Source: an uncultured virus (IMG/VR IMGVR_UViG_3300020357_000003)
Lineage: Duplodnaviria > Heunggongvirae > Uroviricota > Caudoviricetes
Direction: 5' to 3' (one strand)
IMG/VR virus record: IMGVR_UViG_3300020357_000003
Length of the DNA: 64,000 bases
The position numbers and the translations under genes were made by a program. Positions 19,655 to 27,973 of the stretch are shown in pieces. The notes under the pieces are model-generated. The model did not search any database, was not told the origin of the DNA, and worked only from the letters and a program-made list of their open reading frames with translations. Each line of letters starts with the position of its first letter. Position 1 is the stretch's first letter.

Positions 19655-21388
19655 TTAGGAGAGCATGTATTCACTTTTTAAGATGTCTACATCTAAACTA
19701 TTGTTATTTTTATGTACCTTTAATCCACCTTTACCTGTTAATTGTCTTAATATATTACCAAATAAGTCACTCTTAGCTATTTCAGCCATTATGGTCTTAT
19801 AAGTTGTTGCTACTTCTTGTAAATGATTAGGATTAAATACAAAACAATCATGAACATGGCTTAATTGGAATTTACACCTACGGATCATTTCCCGAGCTAC
19901 ATACCCATCAATAGAATGAATCACATTCGGGCATAGAGATCTGAAATCATTTGATTTAATCTGTTGATCCCATCGTAACGGTATAGCTCCATACTCAGAA
20001 TCTCTATATGTAGCTGTAATAGAATCTACTACAGGTACATATACAGTATGACCATCTGGCATAATCCAAGAATGATAGTCTTTGTTGTAGTTCCAGCATT
20101 GATTGATAGCTTTCATTACATGTTCTGCGCCTGGCAACAAGCCTTTTAGTACCTCATAGAATACTTGTAATTGTCTTGTTGAAAATAGTCGTTTAGGCGT
20201 TGCTTCAGAATTATAGAAGTAAGTCATTGTTGCGTATTTGACTGTTTTTCTATTAACCCGTTCTGAGAGCTCCTTATTCATCATTTTAGTGACCTCATTG
20301 TACAGGTCATACCTTTTATTAGGATTTATACAATTAACAAATTTGGCTGTTTCACGGCATCCTGAGATAACAGCCATAATTTGGATTCCTGAAGACGTGG
20401 CGTCTAAACTCATAACATATCCAGTGGGTTTACCTGCTATTGTATCATTTAATGCTCTTAAAGCTTTACGCCCTAAGATAGGTTCTTTCCACTTTATGTT
20501 CTCTATGTCTTGTTTAGCGACCCAATCGACTCTATCTTTCCAAGTCAAAGTATCTTTTCCTGCATGATTCGCAATAGCTATGTATAAATTAGGAAGCTCA
20601 GTAATTACTTCTTTCTTATGCATAGATAAGAGTGCTTTACCATATTCATTTGTTTGTAAATTAAGATGGTAACCTGAAGAATAGCTTCTTCCCCTAGAAT
20701 CATATCTCCATACGAAATAGAAGTGCTTTCCAATATATTCATCAATAACTTTTAAGAATTGAGCTTTATTGATTGAATGGTTGGTTTCTTTCTCAAATAG
20801 ATATGTAGAGGGATCAATTTCCCAAGGAATAGATTGTAATTTATTAATAACATCATAAGCTAAAGGCTTATCATGTCTATTAAGTCTACTTCCAAGAATC
20901 AAATGCTTATGTTCCCATACCCATCCTCCATTATGATTGTTTTTCCAATCATTTGGACGCTTTTTCATAGGTGGTAGAAACTGCAATTTATCTAATTTAT
21001 GTTGAATATCCTCATTTAAAGTAAAGAGTGGAAATACATACCACTCGTTATTTATACGCCTTAATGTATATAACCCACTGTCTACACATTCTTTAAGTAA
21101 TAACCATCCCCAATCAAATGCATGAGGAGGTGACTTAATATCATTACTAAAACCCAATTGAATGGCTAAGGCTTGTATAGGTCTGGCTACTCTGTCTTTA
21201 AGAACTAAAGAAAAGAGCTTAATAAATATTTCTTTATCGTCTGTAGTTTTACTTGTACCTATGGAAGAAATAGCCCCAAGAATATTGGACTCCATCTCTT
21301 GCGGTATTTCATCTTGGATGGCTTCAATTATAATGTTATCAGTAAGTCTTGTAGACCATGTTGTTTCTAATGTATATTGATCAGTCAT
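19655..21388 (-). CDS. T7-family RNA polymerase: N4 RNAPII gp15-like and gp16-like halves in one ORF (about 577 aa)
   Basis: YDSRGR, motif A LDATSSGIQ, motif B RKTVKYATMTYFY, PNVIHSID, motif C VHDCF; GAGGAG RBS before MTDQY. Confidence 0.88.
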   Translation of the reverse strand: MTDQYTLETTWSTRLTDNIIIEAIQDEIPQEMESNILGAISSIGTSKTTDDKEIFIKLFSLVLKDRVARPIQALAIQLGFSNDIKSPPHAFDWGWLLLKECVDSGLYTLRRINNEWYVFPLFTLNEDIQHKLDKLQFLPPMKKRPNDWKNNHNGGWVWEHKHLILGSRLNRHDKPLAYDVINKLQSIPWEIDPSTYLFEKETNHSINKAQFLKVIDEYIGKHFYFVWRYDSRGRSYSSGYHLNLQTNEYGKALLSMHKKEVITELPNLYIAIANHAGKDTLTWKDRVDWVAKQDIENIKWKEPILGRKALRALNDTIAGKPTGYVMSLDATSSGIQIMAVISGCRETAKFVNCINPNKRYDLYNEVTKMMNKELSERVNRKTVKYATMTYFYNSEATPKRLFSTRQLQVFYEVLKGLLPGAEHVMKAINQCWNYNKDYHSWIMPDGHTVYVPVVDSITATYRDSEYGAIPLRWDQQIKSNDFRSLCPNVIHSIDGYVAREMIRRCKFQLSHVHDCFVFNPNHLQEVATTYKTIMAEIAKSDLFGNILRQLTGKGGLKVHKNNNSLDVDILKSEYMLS

Positions 21389-21413
21389 AAATCGCTCTCC
21401 TCGATTAGACATT

Positions 21414-21446
21414 AAAAAAGCCCCCAAGACTGGCGTCTTGGGAGCT
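21414..21446 (-). terminator. intrinsic terminator
   Basis: AGCTCCCAAGAC GCCA GTCTTGGGGGCT TTTTT. Confidence 0.85.
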
Positions 21447-21468
21447 ATGGTTTAAACCTTATAGATTA

Positions 21469-21852
21469 TTATCTAAGGTTCATTTGTAAATCATAGTACT
21501 CGTTTGTTTCTTGAAGATATCCTTGTATTTTGACCGGGCCACCTTCAATTTCCTGAACAACAATAACTTCCATGTCATGTACATTTCCTTCTGAATCAGT
21601 AACTTGTATCTCTCCTCCAGGTATCAGTACCCCGCTGTCTTCAACAGTCTTTCTTGTATCATTTGTATTAAATGCATTAACTTTTATATCTTCTTGTGGG
21701 GAAAATACATTGCTGTATCCCGAGTTTAATTCAATAAACCCGTCCCAAGCATAAGCTTTTATAAAATGCCCACCAACATATACAACTGTAAGCAGTAGTG
21801 CTATCCATGCAAACAATCTTCCTGGTCTACTATCCATATCAAATAAATCCAT
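21469..21852 (-). CDS. exported or membrane-anchored protein
   Basis: hydrophobic N-terminus, AYA-W cleavage-like site, acidic beta-rich domain. Confidence 0.6.
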   Translation of the reverse strand: MDLFDMDSRPGRLFAWIALLLTVVYVGGHFIKAYAWDGFIELNSGYSNVFSPQEDIKVNAFNTNDTRKTVEDSGVLIPGGEIQVTDSEGNVHDMEVIVVQEIEGGPVKIQGYLQETNEYYDLQMNLR

Positions 21853-22118
21853 TACTTATCCTCCTTATTTTCATTAAAGAGTGCTTCGTTATAATTTTCA
21901 ATGATTTCCTGTAGTTCTTCGTTACAAGCTTCTAACTTTTCTATCTTCTCCCGCAATGCACATATTTCAGCTTTTTTATCATGTAGTGCATTTTTCAATC
22001 TATTAATTTCTTTAATTGAATCAGGTGGAACATGTTCGTCAATAGCAAACAGATCTTTAATAACTGGCGCCATTCTTATAGATCTTTCAATGGTATTCAA
22101 ACTCGGCAAAAATTTCAT
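21852..22118 (-). CDS. coiled-coil early protein
   Basis: GGAGG RBS, heptad repeats. Confidence 0.6.
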   Translation of the reverse strand: MKFLPSLNTIERSIRMAPVIKDLFAIDEHVPPDSIKEINRLKNALHDKKAEICALREKIEKLEACNEELQEIIENYNEALFNENKEDK

Positions 22119-22141
22119 TAGTCCTCCTTTTTGTTATTAGT

Positions 22142-22345
22142 TTATAACATTTCTGTTTCGGGTATTATAAGAGTCGGCTCTTCGTCATGTTCTAAAGCAC
22201 CTTCTACAATAGCTTGATTTACAAATTCTTCTGCTTCTGCTTTAGAATTAAACACTACCATACGCCCAAAGGGATCTCCCATTGCAACCAATTGTTCCAT
22301 CCCATGTTCTTTAGAGGTTATGTTTTTTGCTAGAACCCACTTCAT
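22142..22345 (-). CDS. hypothetical early protein
   Basis: GAGGAGG RBS. Confidence 0.6.
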   Translation of the reverse strand: MKWVLAKNITSKEHGMEQLVAMGDPFGRMVVFNSKAEAEEFVNQAIVEGALEHDEEPTLIIPETEML

Positions 22346-22535
22346 TCTGACCTCCTCTACCCTGAAGAATTTTTACGCATCCAAAACTAACAGGACTATG
22401 TTTGTCACCTGTAAGGCTATCTATAGCCCTGCCTCGTTCTTGAACGCATACTTGTTTACTGGGGTAATCCCCCAATACTTTAATATAGTCAATCTGGTAC
22501 GGTTGGTTAAATATTATCATTAGTAGTATCCACAT
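22311..22535 (-). CDS. small early protein with hydrophobic N-terminus and Cys pair
   Basis: MWILLMIIF...YPSKQVC...FGCVK. Confidence 0.55.
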   Translation of the reverse strand: MWILLMIIFNQPYQIDYIKVLGDYPSKQVCVQERGRAIDSLTGDKHSPVSFGCVKILQGRGGQNEVGSSKKHNL

Positions 22536-22540
22536 AGCAT

Positions 22541-22810
22541 CTATAGCCTATCACGTTTCTTGTACCATCGCCATGGTTGTTGATGAGCACGAAACTCTTC
22601 AAGTTCTTCAGCCATCTTGTCTACCAATTCGTCTAGTTCTCCTAAACTTATTTTCCTGGCGTGGTTATTAATAGTCCACTCTCTTACGGCTAATATAAAT
22701 TGTTCCAAGTACTGCATGTCATATGTTTTTGTATAGTTCTTTTGTTTATAAACAATTTTATCGTATTCTTTAAGAAGCTCTTCAAGTAAATTACAGAATT
22801 TGCTGTTCAT
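22541..22810 (-). CDS. hypothetical early protein
   Basis: GGAGGT RBS. Confidence 0.6.
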   Translation of the reverse strand: MNSKFCNLLEELLKEYDKIVYKQKNYTKTYDMQYLEQFILAVREWTINNHARKISLGELDELVDKMAEELEEFRAHQQPWRWYKKRDRL

Positions 22811-22818
22811 AATACCTC

Positions 22819-23013
22819 CTAGTCCATTGTTATACGAGATACTCTAGGCCTAAACTTGGGTTCTTCCGTTAAATGGGACTCTATAAGATCATTATCCCCT
22901 TTATCATACAAAACATACAAGTGATCATGCCACTCTATCCAATGATCCATGTATTTTTCTTCAACCCATTTGCATACATGATGGTCTAGATCTATTTTAT
23001 ACATGCACACCAT
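22819..23013 (-). CDS. hypothetical early protein
   Basis: GGGAG RBS. Confidence 0.5.
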   Translation of the reverse strand: MVCMYKIDLDHHVCKWVEEKYMDHWIEWHDHLYVLYDKGDNDLIESHLTEEPKFRPRVSRITMD

Positions 23014-23141
23014 CTCCCTTAAAATTTAGAGACTAGAGCCCACTCTGCGTAGGCTCCAGACTCCAGGTAGCATCGGCAGGTCGGGATATTAGACACCTAC
23101 ACCCGCCACCTAAAAAGGTTAATAAAACCAATCATACCCGA

Positions 23142-23291
23142 TTAACAGTTATTAAATACATCGCATAACTTACCAAAGGGGTAATTATGGGTTGCTTCCC
23201 AAATATGTATTTCAGGTATCACATAACCTAGCATCCCTACACCGAATGCCATTAGTAAGAACAATAATATTAATGATTTAGAGTGGCTCAT
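23142..23291 (-). CDS. small membrane early protein (start probably MSHSK)
   Basis: GGAG RBS, one TM segment, ATGA overlap. Confidence 0.5.
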   Translation of the reverse strand: MSHSKSLILLFLLMAFGVGMLGYVIPEIHIWEATHNYPFGKLCDVFNNC

Positions 23292-23494
23292 GCTATTCTC
23301 TCCATAGTTATGCCCAAGTCCTGTAACCATAAGGCTTGGTAACAAGGGTTCTTAGTACAAGGTTCATTGGTATCTTTATGCATTGATACAATACCATTCA
23401 CAACCGATTCACTCTTTTTCAAGTAGTGATTCTCTTCCCATTGTCTTATAGCTTCCGCTCTATGAATAGCTAACTCCGCTTTATCTAGTAGCAT
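23288..23494 (-). CDS. hypothetical early protein
   Basis: GGAGG RBS. Confidence 0.55.
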   Translation of the reverse strand: MLLDKAELAIHRAEAIRQWEENHYLKKSESVVNGIVSMHKDTNEPCTKNPCYQALWLQDLGITMERIA

Positions 23495-23771
23495 TGCTAT
23501 CCTCCTTTAGTTTACGTGCTTTGATCTTGTTAAGAAGTGCTTCATGCTCCTTGTCTGTTAATAACTCAGGTGGAATACAGCTTAATTTAAATAGATCATC
23601 TTGCCAGCTTGATCCATCATCACCATTAGCTAGATCTTCAGGTTTTGTTACTTTCATTTTCATGCCCATATCATCCTCCTTATTATCAAATATCCAGAAT
23701 AACTGTGGTAAACCTAAACCTACTAGTAGTGCTACTGATACTATGATGAAGCCCATCTCTAATCCAGTCAT
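23481..23771 (-). CDS. membrane-anchored early protein
   Basis: N-terminal TM helix, GGAG RBS. Confidence 0.55.
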   Translation of the reverse strand: MTGLEMGFIIVSVALLVGLGLPQLFWIFDNKEDDMGMKMKVTKPEDLANGDDGSSWQDDLFKLSCIPPELLTDKEHEALLNKIKARKLKEDSNATR

Positions 23772-23793
23772 TGCACACTATCTCCCTTTAATT

Positions 23794-23835
23794 AAAACTA
23801 AGACGTACTGACGGGCCAGGAGCCCGCCAATACGC
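23794..23835 (-). terminator. probable terminator hairpin
   Basis: GCGTATTGGCGGGC TCCTG GCCCGTCAGTACGT followed by CTTAGTTTT. Confidence 0.55.
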
Positions 23836-23857
23836 TTGTTTGATCAAACAACTAATA

Positions 23858-24301
23858 CTATTCGAACAGATCGTCTGAAAGTTCGTCCGTAACAGTATTC
23901 GCTTCTACTTTAAGAGCGAAATGTTGTTTAGCCAGTTTCTTAATCGCAGGCAACTCATCGGCACTGATCTTCTGCCCGCCATTGTTTATGAAGCCGAATG
24001 GTACTGTAGAACCATTAGACTCAAGGACTACGTACAACCCTTTACTGTCCTTAGATACCTTTTCTACTCGCATCTTAGGAGACAGGAGCAATTTAGCTAT
24101 ACCTGCTGGCTTCATTGACTTACCTGCATGTTTCCCTTTAACAGGAAACTGGATTTTAGGTTTAGGGTTGAAACTGTAATACCCCTTTTTACCAATAGTA
24201 TAGTAAACGTCGGTATAACCTGCGTTACTATTACTACTTTCAGTACCGTCTACTGTAAACGGTGCTGGTACTTCTTCCATTGCTTTACGCTTATTAGCCA
24301 T
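23858..24301 (-). CDS. early protein
   Basis: GGAGG RBS, higher GC than flanks, acidic DDLFE tail. Confidence 0.7.
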   Translation of the reverse strand: MANKRKAMEEVPAPFTVDGTESSNSNAGYTDVYYTIGKKGYYSFNPKPKIQFPVKGKHAGKSMKPAGIAKLLLSPKMRVEKVSKDSKGLYVVLESNGSTVPFGFINNGGQKISADELPAIKKLAKQHFALKVEANTVTDELSDDLFE

Positions 24302-24477
24302 GGTCTAAAACCTCCAGTAGGAGTTAGTAATATACAAAGAAGGTAAGCACTATGCTAAACCTCCCTTTGTTCGAAGAAATGTTTTGCAGGTGATGTATGA
24401 GTAGAGAAGAGGGTAGGAAGGAAACACAAGAAGTGTACATCTCTCTGCTCACTCTCTTACCGTGTAATGTGTTTTAC

Positions 24478-24506
24478 AAAAAGGAAGGAGCCCTCCGAAG
24501 AGGGCT
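24478..24506 (-). terminator. terminator with C(UUCG)G tetraloop
   Basis: AGCCCTC TTCG GAGGGCT CCTTCCTTTTT. Confidence 0.75.
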
Positions 24507-24535
24507 GTTGAGGAAGGAGGATGATGTTGCCTGGA

Positions 24536-24805
24536 TCAGTAGCCTCGGATGAGACGTATTTGATTCTGCACTTCAGGAGGTGCAGAGGCAACCCGTTCGG
24601 AATGCTCGTCATGCTGGTCTAGCAGAACTTGGACTTGAACGCCCTTAGCGTATTGGTTGAGCGTCCAAAGCGACCGATGCGAGAACTCTGCTGCCTGGCC
24701 GACAGCTTGGAAGGAATGGGAGATCCCATTGCCCATTGCCTGCATGGAAGACATCTCTTCTGGGACAGGTAACGATTGTACAGCAACACGGTTGTTTCTA
24801 GCCAT
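24536..24805 (-). CDS. first early gene product
   Basis: TAAGGAG RBS, GC-richer, first gene of the leftward block. Confidence 0.7.
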   Translation of the reverse strand: MARNNRVAVQSLPVPEEMSSMQAMGNGISHSFQAVGQAAEFSHRSLWTLNQYAKGVQVQVLLDQHDEHSERVASAPPEVQNQIRLIRGY

Positions 24806-24980
24806 AATGTTTCTCCTTATAAGGAATGTTAATAATAAACAACCCCGTGCTCGAAGAGTGGTTCTAATGTGTGGGAAAAAAGATAGTTATTGAACCTGGG
24901 GGGGAGTGGCTTTTAGGTTGCTGTTCCAGCAAGTTAGTATTGCACTCGTACCTAAAAATAAAATTTTTCCTATGGCTTTT

Positions 24981-24996
24981 TGTTTCACGTGAAACA
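24981..24996. promoter_or_regulatory. parS: parS centromere-like site (ParB/Spo0J consensus)
   Basis: perfect palindrome TGTTTCACGTGAAACA, intergenic. Confidence 0.85.
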
Positions 24997-25212
24997 CTTG
25001 CCGTTTGCGTTCCGTAGAACCGAGGCCGTCAGGCCGTAGGTTCGAGGGACGCTATAATATATATTATATAAATTAAATAATAAGAGCCCTGGAGTTTACC
25101 TAAAATTAGAAAGGAGAAACATTTTAGAATTCCAGACGCTTCTTATTCTTAGAAGGGGAATGCCAAGGCCTAACTTATTAGTTAAGAAGCACTTAGAGCT
25201 ATTCTCAATACC

Positions 25213-25270
25213 GTTTAATCTCAGATCTGAGATTTAACTCCCTTGTTTACTCTCACATTTGAGATTAAAC
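25213..25270. repeat. tandem 26-bp palindromic operator-like sites
   Basis: GTTTAATCTCAGATCTGAGATTTAAC (25213-25238) and GTTTACTCTCACATTTGAGATTAAAC (25245-25270). Confidence 0.75.
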
Positions 25271-25340
25271 TGAAGTTAAGTATTGTATTTTGTCGTTTTT
25301 AAGTATAATATAAAGTCATTCTCAATAAGGAGGAGGCATA

Positions 25341-25925
25341 TTGAAAATATTAAATTTGTACTCTGGTTTAGGTGGGAATCGAAAGCTTTGGAAAAACGTA
25401 CAAGTTACATCCGTAGAGAATTCAGAAGAGATAGCAAATGTATATAGGAACCTGTATCCACAAGATACGTTAGTTGTGGGTGATGCCCATCAGTATCTAC
25501 TGGATCACTTCAAAGAATTTGACTTTATCTGGGCGAGTCCGCCTTGCCAGACACATTCCAGCTTTAGGCAGAATATATGTGTGAAGTATCGTGGGACGCC
25601 ACCCGTGTATCCCGATATGCGATTATGGCAGGAAATAGTATTCTTGCAGGCAAATTGCGAAACTAAGTGGGTTGTAGAGAATGTTAAACCGTATTACACA
25701 CCTTTAATTCCACCAACGGCAAATCTCGAGCGACACTATTTTTGGTCTAATTTCTCTATTTCTGATAAGAAATTTAGTGGCGTAAAGATAAGGACGGCTC
25801 AGATACCTGATTTACAAGTGTACCATGGCCTGGACTTATCTAATTACAGATTACCTAATAAAAGGCAAGTATTACGGAATTGTGTGCATTATGACTTGGG
25901 AGACTATATTTTAAAGTGCTCCTAA
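25341..25925 (+). CDS. C5-cytosine DNA methyltransferase (short form)
   Basis: LYSGLGG, WASPPCQ, VVENV, R-R-like LERHYFW; AGGAGG RBS, TTG start. Confidence 0.85.
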   Translation: MKILNLYSGLGGNRKLWKNVQVTSVENSEEIANVYRNLYPQDTLVVGDAHQYLLDHFKEFDFIWASPPCQTHSSFRQNICVKYRGTPPVYPDMRLWQEIVFLQANCETKWVVENVKPYYTPLIPPTANLERHYFWSNFSISDKKFSGVKIRTAQIPDLQVYHGLDLSNYRLPNKRQVLRNCVHYDLGDYILKCS

Positions 25926-25938
25926 TTGGAGGCTAATT

Positions 25939-26082
25939 ATGGACTGGAATAATTGCGAAGATCATTACAAACGTGAATCGAGGAAAAACGACAAAATGAA
26001 ACCAATGGATACGAGAACGAAGATAATAGTCGCAATTTGGTTAATCTTTTTAGGTATAGTTATTTGGTTAGTTGGGAGATGA
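25939..26082 (+). CDS. 47-aa protein with C-terminal TM (not in ORF track)
   Basis: GGAGG RBS; MDWNNCEDH...KIIVAIWLIFLGIVIWLVGR. Confidence 0.6.
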   Translation: MDWNNCEDHYKRESRKNDKMKPMDTRTKIIVAIWLIFLGIVIWLVGR

Positions 26083-26091
26083 GTTCTAAAA

Positions 26092-26667
26092 ATGTTCTTA
26101 AGCCGTCAAATACACAAAATGAAAGCATCTAATCAACTCCATGAATATATCCATGTAGAACGCTCGACCATTCCAAAAGATATATGCGATTCTACCATAT
26201 CCAAGCTAGATCATAACAAGTGGCAACCTCATGGATGGTCTGATTCGTCTGCAACAAACTACAATTCAAATGATACTAGGGAACTGGGTGTACAGCAATC
26301 CACTAGGGAAGAGAATAAAATCTTTTTACCTTATATGGTGAAAGCTGTAGAGAACTATCAACCGAACCTGATAACACGATTCAGTCTAATACGATTCAAT
26401 AGATACGCACAGGGTCAGATAATGCGTGAACATTTTGACCATATTTATTCATTGTTTGATGGTAGAGAAAAGGGAATCCCTGTATTGAGTTTAATCCTCA
26501 ATCTGAATGACAACTATGAGGGAGCAGATCTATTATTTTGGGACGATTACCGTATATCATTGGGACTAGGAGATATAGTTATCTTTCCATCTATTTTTCT
26601 GTTTCCTCATAAGGTAAGTGAAACTATAAAAGGACAAAGATACTCTGCGGTATCTTGGGCATGGTGA
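26092..26667 (+). CDS. 2OG-Fe(II) oxygenase (HxD...H)
   Basis: RFNRY, EHFDH, LNDNYEG, FPSIFLFPHKV, RYSAVSW. Confidence 0.88.
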   Translation: MFLSRQIHKMKASNQLHEYIHVERSTIPKDICDSTISKLDHNKWQPHGWSDSSATNYNSNDTRELGVQQSTREENKIFLPYMVKAVENYQPNLITRFSLIRFNRYAQGQIMREHFDHIYSLFDGREKGIPVLSLILNLNDNYEGADLLFWDDYRISLGLGDIVIFPSIFLFPHKVSETIKGQRYSAVSWAW

Positions 26668-26733
26668 GAGATGAGTTATAAAAATGCGCCGCACTCGCAA
26701 TTAGGAGTAGTTCTCACCCGGGTAAGAACATCT

Positions 26734-27016
26734 CCCAAATTTAGAAATCTTGACACAAGTAACAAGAACGATACTAGGGCTAAATTTAGGAGTGGTTTTA
26801 AAATTCCCATTTATTTGGGAACATTTAATTTTCCTAATTTTAAGAAGGCACTGCGGCAGCTGCGTAGCCTAAATTTAGGAGATTTTACTCTTCGTAATAG
26901 TATGAAACTCCTAACTTGGTATGTACATACAAAAACTGTATGTGCACATGTATTTCCAAATTTAGGAATAAGGGGGGCGTGGAAAACCGAGAAAACCAAA
27001 AAAACCAAAAAAACCC
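26734..27016. repeat. iteron-like array of CCTAAATTTAGGA-type motifs plus AAAACC repeats
   Basis: copies at 26734, 26779, 26833, 26868, 26955; GAAAACCGA/GAAAACCAA/AAAAACCAA/AAAAACC at 26982-27016. Confidence 0.6.
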
Positions 27017-27047
27017 ATATTTATTAACTATTTAGAAAGGAGAATTT

Positions 27048-27248
27048 ATGTACCCAGTTAAAATATTTGATGGAGAGGGAAAGTTATTAAGAGTAGTTCA
27101 ACCCGTATTTGACCCTCAGCAGAAACCTAATAGAAGGTTTTTGGCACATCCGTGTCCTAGTTGCGGGGAGAAAACCTCGAATAAGAAGTATTGTAATGTT
27201 TGTGTAGGTAAAAGAAATGAGAAAACCCGCTCATCCAAACGTAAATAA
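27048..27248 (+). CDS. C4 zinc-finger protein
   Basis: VKIFDGEGKL...CPSC...YCNVC; AGGAG RBS. Confidence 0.7.
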   Translation: MYPVKIFDGEGKLLRVVQPVFDPQQKPNRRFLAHPCPSCGEKTSNKKYCNVCVGKRNEKTRSSKRK

Positions 27249-27327
27249 ACGGGTTTTCCCTGCTTCATCCCAAGGAGGTAGGAAATGAGAAACACTAACA
27301 GCGTAGCACAAATGAGAGCACCACGGA

Positions 27328-27669
27328 ATGTTTAATAAATTACAATTAGGGACTCAACCAGCAAATTTAATTGCTAACAGCAGGTTATCTTCTGATGCGG
27401 CACTAGTACTGCTTAAACTTATGTACCAGATTAACCGAGTAAATATGGTAATAGGGACGCCAAAGTTGATATCTAAAACAGTTGGAATAACCCTTCATGA
27501 CTTTCATCGTGGCATGAGGGCTTTGAAAAAGGCAGATTTTGTTAGGAAATACACTAAAAAAGAGTATATGCTTAATCCAGATGTATTGTTTAACGGTAAT
27601 GATAAACAATACTATATTGTTAAACACATGTGGGATACTCAAACTAGCAGGGGATTAAGAAGTGAGTAA
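27328..27669 (+). CDS. RepL-like winged-HTH protein
   Basis: ISKTVGIT...FHRGMRALKKADFV...YMLNPDVLFNG. Confidence 0.65.
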   Translation: MFNKLQLGTQPANLIANSRLSSDAALVLLKLMYQINRVNMVIGTPKLISKTVGITLHDFHRGMRALKKADFVRKYTKKEYMLNPDVLFNGNDKQYYIVKHMWDTQTSRGLRSE

Positions 27670-27973
27670 ATTAATCAATATGGAAGCAGTGGATAGCAAT
27701 TTATCGGGTACAGCTTATGCTCTTTTATTGCCTTTAACGTTGTTTTCTAACAAACAAAATGAAATAGACAGAAGAAAATTTACTCGTATGATAGATTGGA
27801 TTAAAGACTACCGTACGTGGAATAAATATTGGAAGGAGCTTGAAGAACATGGGATCCTAGTGCAATTAGATAAAGATACCTGGTTGGTATCTCCTAATAT
27901 TTGCTATTCGGAAGAAATGTCCCATAACACTTTAATTCATAGATGGAATGAGGTTCGTAATGCAATTAGCTAA
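27662..27973 (+). CDS. second RepL-like winged-HTH protein
   Basis: RTWNKYWKELEEHGIL...WLVSPNICYS, same layout as the preceding gene. Confidence 0.5.
   Translation: MSKLINMEAVDSNLSGTAYALLLPLTLFSNKQNEIDRRKFTRMIDWIKDYRTWNKYWKELEEHGILVQLDKDTWLVSPNICYSEEMSHNTLIHRWNEVRNAIS

Noticed and set aside
26750..26775. TTGACA...GATACT promoter
   Set aside because: The spacer is only 14 nt
26671..27027. 118-aa ORF over the repeat array
   Set aside because: Its recurring PKFR/PNF/LNLG peptides and KTKKTKK end simply translate the DNA repeats, and the RBS is weak. Treated as probably non-coding, though not excluded.
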